53,106 nucleotides of DNA from an uncultured Lachnospiraceae bacterium (GCA_964644555.1 CAZXWI010000001.1:1-53106), one strand, 5' to 3'; counted from the first letter of the stretch, positions 18,925-28,861 are shown. Made by a program: numbers and translations. The notes: generated by a model not told the origin, from the sequence alone.

Positions 18925-19233
18925 ATGCAAAGAAATGATGAAGTGATAAACGAAAGCTATGCAAGGCTGTTGGAAATAATCAAATTTTCGAAATTACAAA
19001 TGGAAAAACTCGGTAACTACGAAATATTCAACCGCCATGTAATACAAATACTCCCCGAAATGGCACTTCTCATAGAAAAACTCTGCAATGCGGGAGCAGA
19101 TGAAAATGACTTAAAAGGCATAGTCGAAAAATACAGCGAATATGTATATGGTTCAAAGGACGAAGAGGCTCTCGCAACCTATGAACAGCTTAAAGAAAAA
19201 TATCCCGTATTTGACTCTCTTGCCAAATATTAA
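18925..19233 (+). CDS. Small hypothetical protein (102 aa, predicted helical)
   Basis: RBS AAGAGGTG 6 nt before the ATG and a terminator immediately downstream. No recognisable motif. Confidence 0.55.
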   Translation: MQRNDEVINESYARLLEIIKFSKLQMEKLGNYEIFNRHVIQILPEMALLIEKLCNAGADENDLKGIVEKYSEYVYGSKDEEALATYEQLKEKYPVFDSLAKY

Positions 19234-19250
19234 AATTTTACCCATATAAA

Positions 19251-19281
19251 ATACACTGCCAATAGGCAGTGTATTTTGTTT
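19251..19281. terminator. Bidirectional terminator between convergent genes
   Basis: Perfect 10-bp stem ATACACTGCC/GGCAGTGTAT, loop AATA, followed by TTTGTTT. Confidence 0.75.
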
Positions 19282-19288
19282 AAAGGAA

Positions 19289-20779
19289 TTATTTTTGTTG
19301 ATATGTTTGCAGGAAATCTCCCAAATTATCCATGGATTCTTTCAATATTTCTATTCTCGGCAAATAAACTATTCTGAAATGGTCAGGTTCCGGCCAGTTA
19401 AAGCCGCTGCCTTGAACAACCAAAACTTTCTTTTCTTTCAAGAAATCGAGAGCAAATTTAACATCGTCTGTTATGTTGAACTTTTTAACATCGATTCTTG
19501 GGAAAGCATAGAATGCGGCTTTAGGCTTGACAACGCTTATTCCGGGAATGCTGTTGAGAGCTTCGTATATAAATTCTCTTTGTTCGTAGATTCTTCCGCC
19601 CGGTTTTATATATTCATTTACGCTTTGATAACCTCCGAGTGCTGTCTGAACTATGGACTGAGCGGGAACATTGGAGCATAAACGCATATTGGAAAGCATA
19701 TTAATTCCGCTTATGTAATCTTTGGCAATCTTTTTATTTCCGCTTAAAACCATCCAGCCGATTCTGAAACCTGCTATCATGTGTGATTTAGACAATCCAC
19801 TGAATGTAACGCAGAACAAATCCGGTGCAAGAGATGCTATCGAAACATGCTCTTCGTCGTCCATAACGAGTCTGTCGTATATTTCATCGGAGAATATTAT
19901 CAACTGATTCTGCCTTGCAACCTCTACTATCTGCTCTAATACCTCTTTCGGATATACCGCACCTGTCGGGTTATTGGGGTTAATAATAACAATGGCTTTG
20001 GTTCTTGAATTGACTTTCTTTTTAATATCTTCAATATCAGGATACCAATCCGATTTTTCATCACATAAATAATGCACTACCTTTCCCCCTGAAAGCGTTG
20101 CGGTTGCAGTCCAGAGCGGATAATCCGGAGCCGGAATAAGAATCTCGTCACCTTCGTCCAAAAGAGCCTGCATACACAAGTTGATAAGCTCGCTGACACC
20201 GTTTCCCGTATAGATATCCGAAACATCTACATTTGGTATATTTCTAAGCTGAGCGTATTGCATGATTGCCTTTCTTGCGGCAAACAGACCTTTCGAATCG
20301 GAATATCCCTCGCAGTCGGTAAGCTGACGTTTCATATCGAAGATTACTTCTTCGGGAGTGCGGAATCCAAACGGCGCAGGATTACCGATATTGAGCTTTA
20401 ATATATTCATACCCATTTCTTCCATGCGATTCGCTTCATCAACAACAGGACCTCGCACATCGTAAAGAACATTATTAAGTTTTGTCGATTTTGTAAATTC
20501 TCTCATACCGAATTCCCCTTCTGCCGTACTCGGCTCATTATTTTCATTTTGAATTGTTTCACCTTTAAGCCATGCTAAATCCACCGATAAGGCTTCCGAC
20601 AGCATTCGCATAATTTCGCCTCTGGGAACATTCTTTCCGCTTAGGTATTGACTCAGCTGGCTTTTACTGAGCTTTGTTTCGCTTGTAGGTTCAAGTGCAT
20701 TTACCATTTCTATTACTTCGGATTGTTTGAGTCCTTTTTGGTTCAAAACCATATTCAATCTATCTGAAAATGTGTCCAT
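19289..20779 (-). CDS. XRE-type HTH domain fused to an AlaA-like class I PLP aminotransferase
   Basis: N-terminal approx. 70 aa HTH (LKQSEVIEMVNAL...SKSQLSQYLSGKNVP). The body carries NIGNPAPFGF, INPNNPTGAVY and SGLSKSHMIAGFRIGW (PLP lysine), and closely resembles enterobacterial AlaA as recalled from memory. Start set at the MDTFS ATG (20779), preceded by GGAGG. Confidence 0.85.
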   Translation of the reverse strand: MDTFSDRLNMVLNQKGLKQSEVIEMVNALEPTSETKLSKSQLSQYLSGKNVPRGEIMRMLSEALSVDLAWLKGETIQNENNEPSTAEGEFGMREFTKSTKLNNVLYDVRGPVVDEANRMEEMGMNILKLNIGNPAPFGFRTPEEVIFDMKRQLTDCEGYSDSKGLFAARKAIMQYAQLRNIPNVDVSDIYTGNGVSELINLCMQALLDEGDEILIPAPDYPLWTATATLSGGKVVHYLCDEKSDWYPDIEDIKKKVNSRTKAIVIINPNNPTGAVYPKEVLEQIVEVARQNQLIIFSDEIYDRLVMDDEEHVSIASLAPDLFCVTFSGLSKSHMIAGFRIGWMVLSGNKKIAKDYISGINMLSNMRLCSNVPAQSIVQTALGGYQSVNEYIKPGGRIYEQREFIYEALNSIPGISVVKPKAAFYAFPRIDVKKFNITDDVKFALDFLKEKKVLVVQGSGFNWPEPDHFRIVYLPRIEILKESMDNLGDFLQTYQQK

Positions 20780-20808
20780 ATTGCCTCCGGTATCATTTAT
20801 TTTCACAG

Positions 20809-20837
20809 ATTATATCACGATAAAAAACAAAGCGCAA
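20809..20837 (-). promoter_or_regulatory. Sigma-70-type promoter of the HTH-aminotransferase gene
   Basis: TTGCGC (20832-20837), 17 nt, TATAAT (20809-20814) on the minus strand. Confidence 0.5.
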
Positions 20838-20842
20838 GACTA

Positions 20843-20890
20843 AATTGAACTTATTTTAAATTTAATTGAACTTTGCTGTCTTGAAGTTCA
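20843..20890. repeat. AATTGAACTT direct repeat (x2) plus inverted AAGTTCA; candidate operator and/or terminator hairpin
   Basis: AATTGAACTT occurs at 20843-20852 and 20864-20873. The second copy pairs with AAGTTCA (20884-20890) as a 7-bp stem, 3 nt after the C11 peptidase stop and just upstream of the -35 box. Confidence 0.5.
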
Positions 20891-20892
20891 GT

Positions 20893-22284
20893 TTACGGCA
20901 AAACAAGTTCAATTTTATCATAACTGAAATATTTTTGTTCTGTTTGATAAATAGAATCTTCCTCTTTTAAAATAACCGAATCTACTTTTACCTCCTCTGT
21001 GATATAATTTTTCTTTATTCTATAGCAAACGCTGTAGCCATTATAAGAACCGATACAAACGCTGTAATATTCATTTAAAAGAGCCTTAGAACAACACGCA
21101 CATTCATACACATTTCCATCTACATTAAGATGTGCCGAACTTTGTTTCACTTTGCTCTTATCATTGGTTGATTCGACTAACACCTCTACATACTTTTCAC
21201 AAAAAGCATTTCGGCTGTATAAGTTAAGCTTATTTTCCTCTTTAACATAATAAGGATAGTACACACTTATTCCACATGAACCGAAATTTCCCACGCCGTT
21301 TTTACAATACACCACCGCATTATTAACGCTGTCTATAAGTTCCTGCACTTCTTCGCTTGATTGGTTTTCAAAAATGCTGAGCAAATCCGCCATATCCGAA
21401 TACCCTTCTTCTTTGGATTTACCGCCGAACAAAATGATATGCTCAGTCCCTATTTTCGCATTTTCTACGGCATTATCAAATTTTACGAAAACATCCTTTG
21501 CTTTATTGCAATCAATTACTGAAATACTCAAATAATCAAAGGAATATTCATCGTGGGTGCTCTTAAAATAGAGTTTAGCCAAAAGTTTTGCTTCGTCATG
21601 GGAATTCAAAGCATACCTTTCATTTTTGAAAAAACTTTTGTAATCAAATCCGCAAGCAGGCATACTCTCTTCACTGGCAACGATGTAATCGGCATAATTT
21701 CCCACTGCATAGATAGTTTCCAAATTTGCCATAAGGCATGCATCAAAGGCAATAAAACCGAAACAAATACCGTTTTTATCGTATATCTTCTTAAATGCGA
21801 GCTCAAGTTCATTCGTAATTAAACTGTCGGAAGAATGATTTTCATCTTTTCCGGATCCGCTTAATGCATTGCCGCCATGGTTCCAAAGGATAATGTTATA
21901 TTGGCTCTCCCCCTCTAAGGTATAAACATAATCGACAAAATCAGATAATGTATCAGCTTTGTCCATATTGGCGCTATCAAAACTCTTTATCTTTTTAAGT
22001 GAATTTTCTTTAACTTCAAAGACCTCGTTGTATTTAGGGTTAATACATTCAGTGTGCCACTTTTCGCTGCCACCGGTATAAACATATATTTTAAAATCTT
22101 CTCCCGTTTTGGCAGATACGATTTCTTTTATGTCAATGCTGGCAGATGCAAAATCGCTTTCCAAATCAGAACCGTTCATATATATTAAATACACACGTTT
22201 GCATTTGTTTTCCTTCGTTTGCGAAAAAATAAATATGAAAGAAATTACCGTAAGAAAAATAAAAACAAACACTCTTTTTTTCAT
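20893..22284 (-). CDS. Secreted clostripain-family (C11) cysteine peptidase
   Basis: N-terminal signal/anchor (VFVFIFLTVISFIFIF). Catalytic His block ILWNHGGN and Cys block FDACLMAN, typical of C11. Confidence 0.8.
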   Translation of the reverse strand: MKKRVFVFIFLTVISFIFIFSQTKENKCKRVYLIYMNGSDLESDFASASIDIKEIVSAKTGEDFKIYVYTGGSEKWHTECINPKYNEVFEVKENSLKKIKSFDSANMDKADTLSDFVDYVYTLEGESQYNIILWNHGGNALSGSGKDENHSSDSLITNELELAFKKIYDKNGICFGFIAFDACLMANLETIYAVGNYADYIVASEESMPACGFDYKSFFKNERYALNSHDEAKLLAKLYFKSTHDEYSFDYLSISVIDCNKAKDVFVKFDNAVENAKIGTEHIILFGGKSKEEGYSDMADLLSIFENQSSEEVQELIDSVNNAVVYCKNGVGNFGSCGISVYYPYYVKEENKLNLYSRNAFCEKYVEVLVESTNDKSKVKQSSAHLNVDGNVYECACCSKALLNEYYSVCIGSYNGYSVCYRIKKNYITEEVKVDSVILKEEDSIYQTEQKYFSYDKIELVLP

Positions 22285-22441
22285 ATTATTATTTTGTGCA
22301 AAATGAAAAAGTATTATTTAAGATTCGTAAAAATACATAGCGAATTTAATTTTGAAATTCCTCGTTTATTAAAGATGACAACTTCGCTTATTCTTTTGAT
22401 TTCGCCTTTAAAATCGGTACTTTATGTGATATTATTTCACT

Positions 22442-23128
22442 ATGGATTATTTTGACTGGTTATTTTTGACTTTGGAACTTACAGGAACTATCGCATTTGC
22501 AATATCGGGAGCAATGCTGGCAATAGAAAAGAAATTGGATATCTTCGGAGCTGTGGTATTAGGCACGGTATGCGCAGTGGGTGGAGGACTTCTACGCGAC
22601 TTAATATTAGGCAACACACCTCCTGCAATGTTTCAAAACCCGATATACGCTTTTAGTGCAATAATTACTTGCATAATAACATTTTCTTTGGAATACGCAA
22701 TAAATAAGCACTACAAATTTTCGGAAAAAATAAAGAAAAACTGGTATGACACTAAATTCATGAACCTGTGCGACTCCATTGGGCTTGGTATATTCGTAAT
22801 AGTGGGAATGAATGCCGCAATTAATTCCGGATATTTCGACAATGCGTTTTTATGCATTTTCGTTGCAGTAATAACGGGTATAGGTGGAGGAATGATAGGT
22901 GAAACGCTTGTGGCGATAATCCCGAAAGTATTGAGAAAGCGCATATATGCGGTAGCCGGTATCATTGCGGCAATAGTGTACTACATATTCGAAAAGATTT
23001 CGCTTTATAAGCCAATAGGCATATTTATCGTCATCGCATTGACTGTGTCAATCAGATTTTTGGCAATACATTATAATTGGAACCTGCCTTATATAGATAA
23101 AACAGAAGAAGGGAATAAAACAGAATGA
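22442..23128 (+). CDS. TRIC/UPF0126-family membrane channel protein
   Basis: Two UPF0126 repeats with glycine-rich helices (GTVCAVGGGLLRDLILG, ITGIGGGMIGE) and 7 hydrophobic helices. Confidence 0.8.
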   Translation: MDYFDWLFLTLELTGTIAFAISGAMLAIEKKLDIFGAVVLGTVCAVGGGLLRDLILGNTPPAMFQNPIYAFSAIITCIITFSLEYAINKHYKFSEKIKKNWYDTKFMNLCDSIGLGIFVIVGMNAAINSGYFDNAFLCIFVAVITGIGGGMIGETLVAIIPKVLRKRIYAVAGIIAAIVYYIFEKISLYKPIGIFIVIALTVSIRFLAIHYNWNLPYIDKTEEGNKTE

Positions 23129-23316
23129 TTTCGGTATTTGATATTTACGAACTGCTGCCCCATACCGACTGTGGCAAATGCACAGCGGGAAGCTGCATGA
23201 ATATGGCAAAGAAACTATCACAAAACACAGCCAATATGAACGAATGTAGCGTTATAGCAGCAAACCCGGAAGAATACGGCGAACTGGAAAGTCTTATAAA
23301 AAGTGAAGAACAATAA
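23125..23316 (+). CDS. Small Fe-S-binding domain protein (RnfB N-terminal-like 'putative Fe-S cluster' domain)
   Basis: LPHTDCGKCTAGSCMNMAKKL plus a fourth Cys (NEC). ATGA start/stop overlap with the upstream TRIC gene. Confidence 0.6.
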   Translation: MISVFDIYELLPHTDCGKCTAGSCMNMAKKLSQNTANMNECSVIAANPEEYGELESLIKSEEQ

Positions 23317-23800
23317 AATGAAAACAAATAAATTAACTCTTTATGCGCTTATTATTTCTGTGGCAATGATACTCAGCTATGTGGAATCATTAATTCCCGC
23401 ATTTGTGCCTATACCCGGCATAAAACTGGGGCTTGCCAATATAGCCACAGTATTTGCGCTGTATAAACTTGATACAAAGGCTGCTGTAATAATATCGGTA
23501 ATCAGAATTACATTATCCTCCCTTTTGTTTTCCGGACTCTTCAGCATAATCTACAGCATATCGGGAGCTTTTCTCAGCCTTTTCGCCATGCATATACTTA
23601 TAAAAAGCAAGAAATTCTCCCCCGTAGGAGTGAGTGTAAGCGGTGCTGTCTGCCATAATTTGGGGCAGGTGATAACAGCCGCATTAATTATGCAAACATC
23701 CAAACTTATGTATTACTTTGCAGCACTGCTTTTAAGCGGAATCATCTCGGGAACGGTTATCGGAATCGCCGCAGGACTTATCATTCAAAGAATAAAATAG
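23303..23800 (+). CDS. Gx transporter family (heptaprenyl diphosphate synthase component I-like) membrane protein
   Basis: 165 aa with 5 TM helices and an LGLANIA-type motif. Overlaps the preceding gene by 14 nt. Confidence 0.7.
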   Translation: MKNNKMKTNKLTLYALIISVAMILSYVESLIPAFVPIPGIKLGLANIATVFALYKLDTKAAVIISVIRITLSSLLFSGLFSIIYSISGAFLSLFAMHILIKSKKFSPVGVSVSGAVCHNLGQVITAALIMQTSKLMYYFAALLLSGIISGTVIGIAAGLIIQRIK

Positions 23801-23902
23801 TGGGTAAATTGTATTTTAATAATATATCCCATACATAATTTGTAAATTTATGTTAAACTATGCGTAACATAATTGTAACATATATTTTAATCGGAGAAAA
23901 TT

Positions 23903-25723
23903 ATGCCATTCGGTTTAAAACAAAAGCTCAACGAAACGGAAAAGTTTCAAAAGAAGCTAGATAAATCATTAAAAAGAACAGCGCATAAACAAATGGTTTT
24001 GGACACCCTCCAAACCAAGCGTGCATTAAAAGAAGAAAACAAAAAACTAAAATTATATAAGCAAATTAAGCCGCCGGCTCAAACGCAGGAAGCCCCAAAG
24101 GAAGAACAAAATATCATCTCGGATACGGCCGAAACGATAAATGAGCAGACCTCGACGAAGCAGGGCGAAGTAAATCAAAATAAAATAAATGATTTTTTCG
24201 CAAAAGCACTTATCAACATGGAATATTTCTTTTCCAATTTAAGTCAAAAGATGAGCCGAAACAGAAAAATCATTACACTTACATTGTGTGTTTTGGCAAT
24301 AACGGCAATTTCGATTTCAGCATACAACTACTTCGTGTGCTACGAAATAAACTTGGACGGAAATGATATCGGCATCGTGGCAAGCCATAATAAACTCAAC
24401 AGCGCACTCGACAAACTGCAATCAGACTTGCAAAATGAGTACGAACTGCCCTCACTGTATTTTGAAAGGTCGGTTACATCTAAAAAGGTCATCGTTTTTG
24501 ACAGAGAAAATATCCTTTCTGCAGACGAAATATACGAAAAAGCCAAGAAAGCAAATCTTCCGCTGTTTTGCATCGGAGGAGTTATCAATATAAACGGTGT
24601 GGATACCGTAAAACTTTCATCTAAAGCAAAGGCTCAGGAAGCTCTTGATACTTTTTATGATTATTTCAAGGAATCCCCTGCCGATTGGGTAAAAGTTTTG
24701 AACATCCCCGATATCAAAACCGATGAAAACATCAAAATAGCGGAAAAAGTCATTTCCATAGGCTCCGACTGTACCGTTGACGAAGCTGTGGATTACCTAT
24801 TGGGGCTTAGTGCAAACGCAATTACCTCAAACGATAATGACGGAAGAGTCGTAATTGCAAGCTTACCCCAACAAAGTGCATTGCAAACGGCTCAAACAAC
24901 CATAACTTCCGCATCAGCAAATGAGAAATCCGACGAAATCAGGGACTTTGACGAAAACGAAACCATGATATCGCAAATGTCATACACGATTCCGCAAACG
25001 GCACTCGCATTCAGAGCGGATTTATCATCAAAAGAGGAAGTCGATACATCCCTTAATCTTAATGTCAGAATGACCTCGCAGGTAGAATATTACAGAGATA
25101 TCCCCTATGAAACCGTAGAATACGAAAACTCATCTCTTTATAAGGGTGAGAGAATCGTAACCACAAGCGGTGTTAACGGTAAATCGTATGTTAAGGCAAA
25201 TATAGTCAGCGAAAACGGAATTCTGGTATCGGAGGAGATACTCCATGAAGAAGTCTACGAAGAAGCTGTCAATGAAGCAATTGCCGTAGGCACAAGGCCA
25301 CTTCCCGTGCTTAACGGCGAAAGCCCCTACATAATGCCGACAACAGGCTTGGTATCTTCCACCAATAGGGAGGGTTCTCATTCGGGCTTCAGAGCAGTTG
25401 ACATAGCCAACAGAGAGGGTACCGGCATATATGCCGCAAGAGCCGGATATGTAATATTTGCTACGCAGGATAATTCGGGATATGGTAAATATATAAAAGT
25501 AGACCACGGCGACGGATATGTAACCTGGTATGCACATTTAAGCGAATTTAAGGTTAGTGTAGGAGATTATGTCAATCAAGGCGAACTGATAGGACTTATG
25601 GGAAACACCGGTCGTTCCACAGGCCCACATTTGCACCTCGAAGTGCGATACAATAATGCACGTATGTATATTCCCGCATTCTTTAATATAGAATACGGCG
25701 ATTATGTTTACGCATTCGAATAA
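23903..25723 (+). CDS. Membrane-anchored M23 (LytM) metallopeptidase with G5-like domain
   Basis: One TM helix (ITLTLCVLAITAISISAY), a G5-like segment (TTSGVNGKSYVKANIV...AVGT), and C-terminal M23 motifs HSGFRAVDIA and GPHLHLEV. Confidence 0.85.
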   Translation: MPFGLKQKLNETEKFQKKLDKSLKRTAHKQMVLDTLQTKRALKEENKKLKLYKQIKPPAQTQEAPKEEQNIISDTAETINEQTSTKQGEVNQNKINDFFAKALINMEYFFSNLSQKMSRNRKIITLTLCVLAITAISISAYNYFVCYEINLDGNDIGIVASHNKLNSALDKLQSDLQNEYELPSLYFERSVTSKKVIVFDRENILSADEIYEKAKKANLPLFCIGGVININGVDTVKLSSKAKAQEALDTFYDYFKESPADWVKVLNIPDIKTDENIKIAEKVISIGSDCTVDEAVDYLLGLSANAITSNDNDGRVVIASLPQQSALQTAQTTITSASANEKSDEIRDFDENETMISQMSYTIPQTALAFRADLSSKEEVDTSLNLNVRMTSQVEYYRDIPYETVEYENSSLYKGERIVTTSGVNGKSYVKANIVSENGILVSEEILHEEVYEEAVNEAIAVGTRPLPVLNGESPYIMPTTGLVSSTNREGSHSGFRAVDIANREGTGIYAARAGYVIFATQDNSGYGKYIKVDHGDGYVTWYAHLSEFKVSVGDYVNQGELIGLMGNTGRSTGPHLHLEVRYNNARMYIPAFFNIEYGDYVYAFE

Positions 25724-25745
25724 AAGTTAATATAATTCTTATATG

Positions 25746-25776
25746 CCGACTGTCAGAATGATGGTCGGTTTTTTGT
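25746..25776 (+). terminator. Intrinsic terminator of the M23 peptidase gene
   Basis: Imperfect stem CCGACTGTCA/TGATGGTCGG followed by TTTTTTG. Confidence 0.7.
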
Positions 25777-25980
25777 GGGAAAAGCCTCACATATACATTC
25801 CAAACGAAGTTTCACACAAGAACCAATAAACGGCACTCTCGTGCCGCTTGTCAGAGAAAAGGCAAAAATGAAATTCAAGATTTCACCTCTCGACTCTAAT
25901 CGCAAAGCCGAGGACTAAAACTTCATTGTCAAATCACGAGTATACCATTGATAAGAGATTGTTGCCAGCTCTGCTTTCTG

Positions 25981-26454
25981 CTATAACAACCATTGCCGGG
26001 ATATCATCGTCTTTTTGTAATATTCGCTCGATTGTTGTATGCCCTGTGTTACACTTGCGAATGTAGCGGTAATATTTTCTATATTTACCGTAACCGAATA
26101 TTCCGCAGAAGCCCCTGCCTTATCGGTTGCCTTAAAAGTAAGGTTTATCGGCCCATAATACCATGTTTGGGTATATACGCTGCCTTCCAACTCAGCATAT
26201 GAGGAAGTTCCGGACTTAACCGCAGATGTAAGAGTGTCACCTTCGTCCGAATCCGAGAATCTGCTCGCTAAATAAAACGAATGAGGGCTGTAATAATACG
26301 CTGTATATGTTGTGAATGAGACCTCTACAACCACAGGAGCGTGGGTTTCTCCCTCATCTGCAAATGCAAATGACGTAAGCATAACAAACGCAATCAATAC
26401 AACCAACAGCAAAGCAATCAGCTTTTGTTTTTGGAATTTCGATTTTTTCATCAA
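25981..26454 (-). CDS. Secreted hypothetical protein (157 aa)
   Basis: Signal peptide (LIALLLVVLIAFVMLTSFAFA) and a beta-rich mature part. Starts 2 nt after the upstream trmH-family stop. Confidence 0.55.
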   Translation of the reverse strand: MMKKSKFQKQKLIALLLVVLIAFVMLTSFAFADEGETHAPVVVEVSFTTYTAYYYSPHSFYLASRFSDSDEGDTLTSAVKSGTSSYAELEGSVYTQTWYYGPINLTFKATDKAGASAEYSVTVNIENITATFASVTQGIQQSSEYYKKTMISRQWLL

Positions 26455-26456
26455 AT

Positions 26457-27266
26457 TTATTTATCTATTCCGAATTGGTAAAATGCCACAGCACTTGCCG
26501 CTGCCACATTGAGCGAATCCACACCGTTACTCATGGGAATCTTTACGGTGTAGTCGCATTTGTTAATGGTATCCTCCTCTAAGCCGTACCCCTCCGAACC
26601 TAAAACGACAGCGATTTTATCCGCCTTTATTGAATCTGCATCTCTTAAGCTTATCGAATTATCATTAAGAGCCATGGCTATCAATGTGTACCCCTTATCA
26701 TGCAAAAGCACTGTCCAATCCCCTTCGGGCAAATATGCCCACGGAATTTGAAACACAGTTGCCATACTAACACGAATTGCTCTTCTATACAACGGATCAC
26801 TGCCTTTATCCGTTAAAAGAACAGCCTCCATTCCCAAAGCCGCCGCAGAACGAAAGATTGCGCCTATATTGGTCGGATTCATTACATTTTCCAGTACCGC
26901 TATCTTTTTGTATTTTGACAGCATATCTTCGGCATCGGCAGGTTTCGGGCGTTTCATTGCACAAAGCATACCCCTTGTGAGATAAAATCCTGTAAGAGAA
27001 CAGAGTACATCCGCTTCGGAAACATATATCGGAATATCACCGCACCTACGAAGTAGCAAATCAGCCTTGTCGATATGACGTTTTTCCATAAGCACCGAAA
27101 CAGCCTCGCACCCTGCATCAAGCGCTCGCTCTATGACCATTGGGCTTTCTGCAATAAACAGCCCGTCATCGAATTCTGTGCAACTTATTAATTGCTTTTC
27201 GTTGAGTCTTGCATACACATCTAAATTTTTGTCGTTAAAGTTTTGTATCTCAATTATATTTTTCAT
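26457..27266 (-). CDS. TrmH/SpoU-family RNA 2'-O-methyltransferase
   Basis: SpoU motifs NPTNIGAIFRSAAA, VLGSEGYGL and IPMSNGVDSLNVAAASAV. Confidence 0.85.
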   Translation of the reverse strand: MKNIIEIQNFNDKNLDVYARLNEKQLISCTEFDDGLFIAESPMVIERALDAGCEAVSVLMEKRHIDKADLLLRRCGDIPIYVSEADVLCSLTGFYLTRGMLCAMKRPKPADAEDMLSKYKKIAVLENVMNPTNIGAIFRSAAALGMEAVLLTDKGSDPLYRRAIRVSMATVFQIPWAYLPEGDWTVLLHDKGYTLIAMALNDNSISLRDADSIKADKIAVVLGSEGYGLEEDTINKCDYTVKIPMSNGVDSLNVAAASAVAFYQFGIDK

Positions 27267-27365
27267 CTTGTTTTCCTTTGGATATATGATAAATTATACC
27301 TGCACCCCCCCCAATTTCAACAAAAATAAAATATATGCGAAAGATTTATAACATATAAGTATAAC

Positions 27366-27392
27366 AATAACCACAGATTTTCTGTGGTTATT
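27366..27392 (-). terminator. Possible terminator hairpin after the MATE gene
   Basis: 11-bp stem AATAACCACAG/CTGTGGTTATT, 6 nt past the stop. The T-tract on the minus strand is weak. Confidence 0.35.
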
Positions 27393-27397
27393 ATTGT

Positions 27398-28804
27398 CTA
27401 CATTAGATTTTTCGTATATATGCTTTTCCATTTGCCCGAATTGTATCTTAAAAAGAACAGCCCAAGCCCTACAAGTATTTCCACGGCACACAAAATTATA
27501 ACAGCCTTAAGCTCAAAGCCCAAAACTCTTACAAAAATGACCGAGCCCAAAACACGGAAAGTCCAATTTGTGAATGTGTTGACATAAAAACCGAATCTCG
27601 TATCGCCTGCGCCCCTTAATGCACCGGAGAATACCCACGATATCACTTGAGGCACTTGAATCAGCGCAAATACTCTAAGGCACTCTGCGGCAAGAGCCAC
27701 CACCTGTGTATCGGGTGAGAATATGCCTATAATACCTTCGGCAAAAACGAAAAGACCGCAGCCTGTAAAGAACATGGTTACAGAGCCAATCAATATGGTT
27801 TTACTTACAAATTTTTCCGCAAGAGGTATATTTCCAGCTCCCAGCGCTTGCCCAACCAATGTGGTAACGGCAGTCTGAAATGCAAAAGCCGGCATATACG
27901 AAAGAGATTCCGCCGTATCCACAAGCGATTTTGCGGCAATGCTGACCGTACCCAAATACGCTACGGTACTCGTTATTATTACACTTGCCGTCGAAACCGT
28001 TAAGCGCTCAAAGCAGGCAGGCAAGCTAATGGTAAATATCTGTTTTAACACTCTTTTATTGGGCTTCATATTGTCATGAATCGACACAGCATACTTATTT
28101 GATTTTGAGAATGTAGTCCTAATAGCCAAAACTCCCGCCACCAGCATTCCCAGCGAAGTAGCCACAGCCGCCCCTTTAATACCCATATCGGCACCATACA
28201 CATGGAATGAATATCCGAATAAACTGATTTCTCTTGATGGATATATCAAGAAAAAGTTAAATATCAAATTCACAATATTCATCACTGTGTTGTTTACAAG
28301 GGGTGTTTTGGTATCTCCATAACCTCGAAATACGGAATTGAGTATCAGCGAAGTTATAAGAAAGATTCTTCCCAAAGCGGTTATCAAATTATATTGTGCC
28401 GCATAATAGATTATATCGTTCCCCGCACCCATCCAAAGGGGTATCTTTTCGTATAAAACAATGCATATGATATAGGCAGGTAACCCCACAGCCACAATCA
28501 AAAACAACGCATGGCGCATAAGGTCCTTTACTTTATCATGTTCCCCTGCACCCACCGATTGAGCTACCAATGCGGTGATTCCCACGCACAAAGCAGATAT
28601 GCTTGAATTTATCATATATATAAACGGCGAATTTATCCCTACAGCCGCCGTTGCCCATGCGCCCAAAGAGCCTACCATTGCAGTGTCGGCATAACCAATC
28701 AAAGTCGTTAATATCTGCTCCAGCAAAACAGGCCATGCCAACATCAAAACGGTTTTAGCCGGGCTTTGCGATGAATCGGTCAGATTTATCGTTTTATTTT
28801 TCAT
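27398..28804 (-). CDS. MATE-family efflux transporter
   Basis: 468 aa, 12 TM helices, typical NorM-like N-terminus (VLMLAWPVLLEQILTTLIGYADTAMVG). Confidence 0.9.
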   Translation of the reverse strand: MKNKTINLTDSSQSPAKTVLMLAWPVLLEQILTTLIGYADTAMVGSLGAWATAAVGINSPFIYMINSSISALCVGITALVAQSVGAGEHDKVKDLMRHALFLIVAVGLPAYIICIVLYEKIPLWMGAGNDIIYYAAQYNLITALGRIFLITSLILNSVFRGYGDTKTPLVNNTVMNIVNLIFNFFLIYPSREISLFGYSFHVYGADMGIKGAAVATSLGMLVAGVLAIRTTFSKSNKYAVSIHDNMKPNKRVLKQIFTISLPACFERLTVSTASVIITSTVAYLGTVSIAAKSLVDTAESLSYMPAFAFQTAVTTLVGQALGAGNIPLAEKFVSKTILIGSVTMFFTGCGLFVFAEGIIGIFSPDTQVVALAAECLRVFALIQVPQVISWVFSGALRGAGDTRFGFYVNTFTNWTFRVLGSVIFVRVLGFELKAVIILCAVEILVGLGLFFLRYNSGKWKSIYTKNLM

Positions 28805-28861
28805 TCAGTCCCTCATATATCCTCAAATTTGCAATATAGATTGCATTATACATCTTTTAGG

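Noticed and set aside
25777-25980. A 200-nt ORF-free, somewhat GC-richer intergenic stretch with small hairpins (CGGCAC-TCTC-GTGCCG; CCTCG...CGAGG). Considered as an sRNA or riboswitch.
   Set aside because: There is no promoter-plus-terminator pair defining a transcript and no motif I can assign to a known RNA family. It lies between two convergent gene ends. It is worth a covariance-model scan, but the sequence alone does not support a call.
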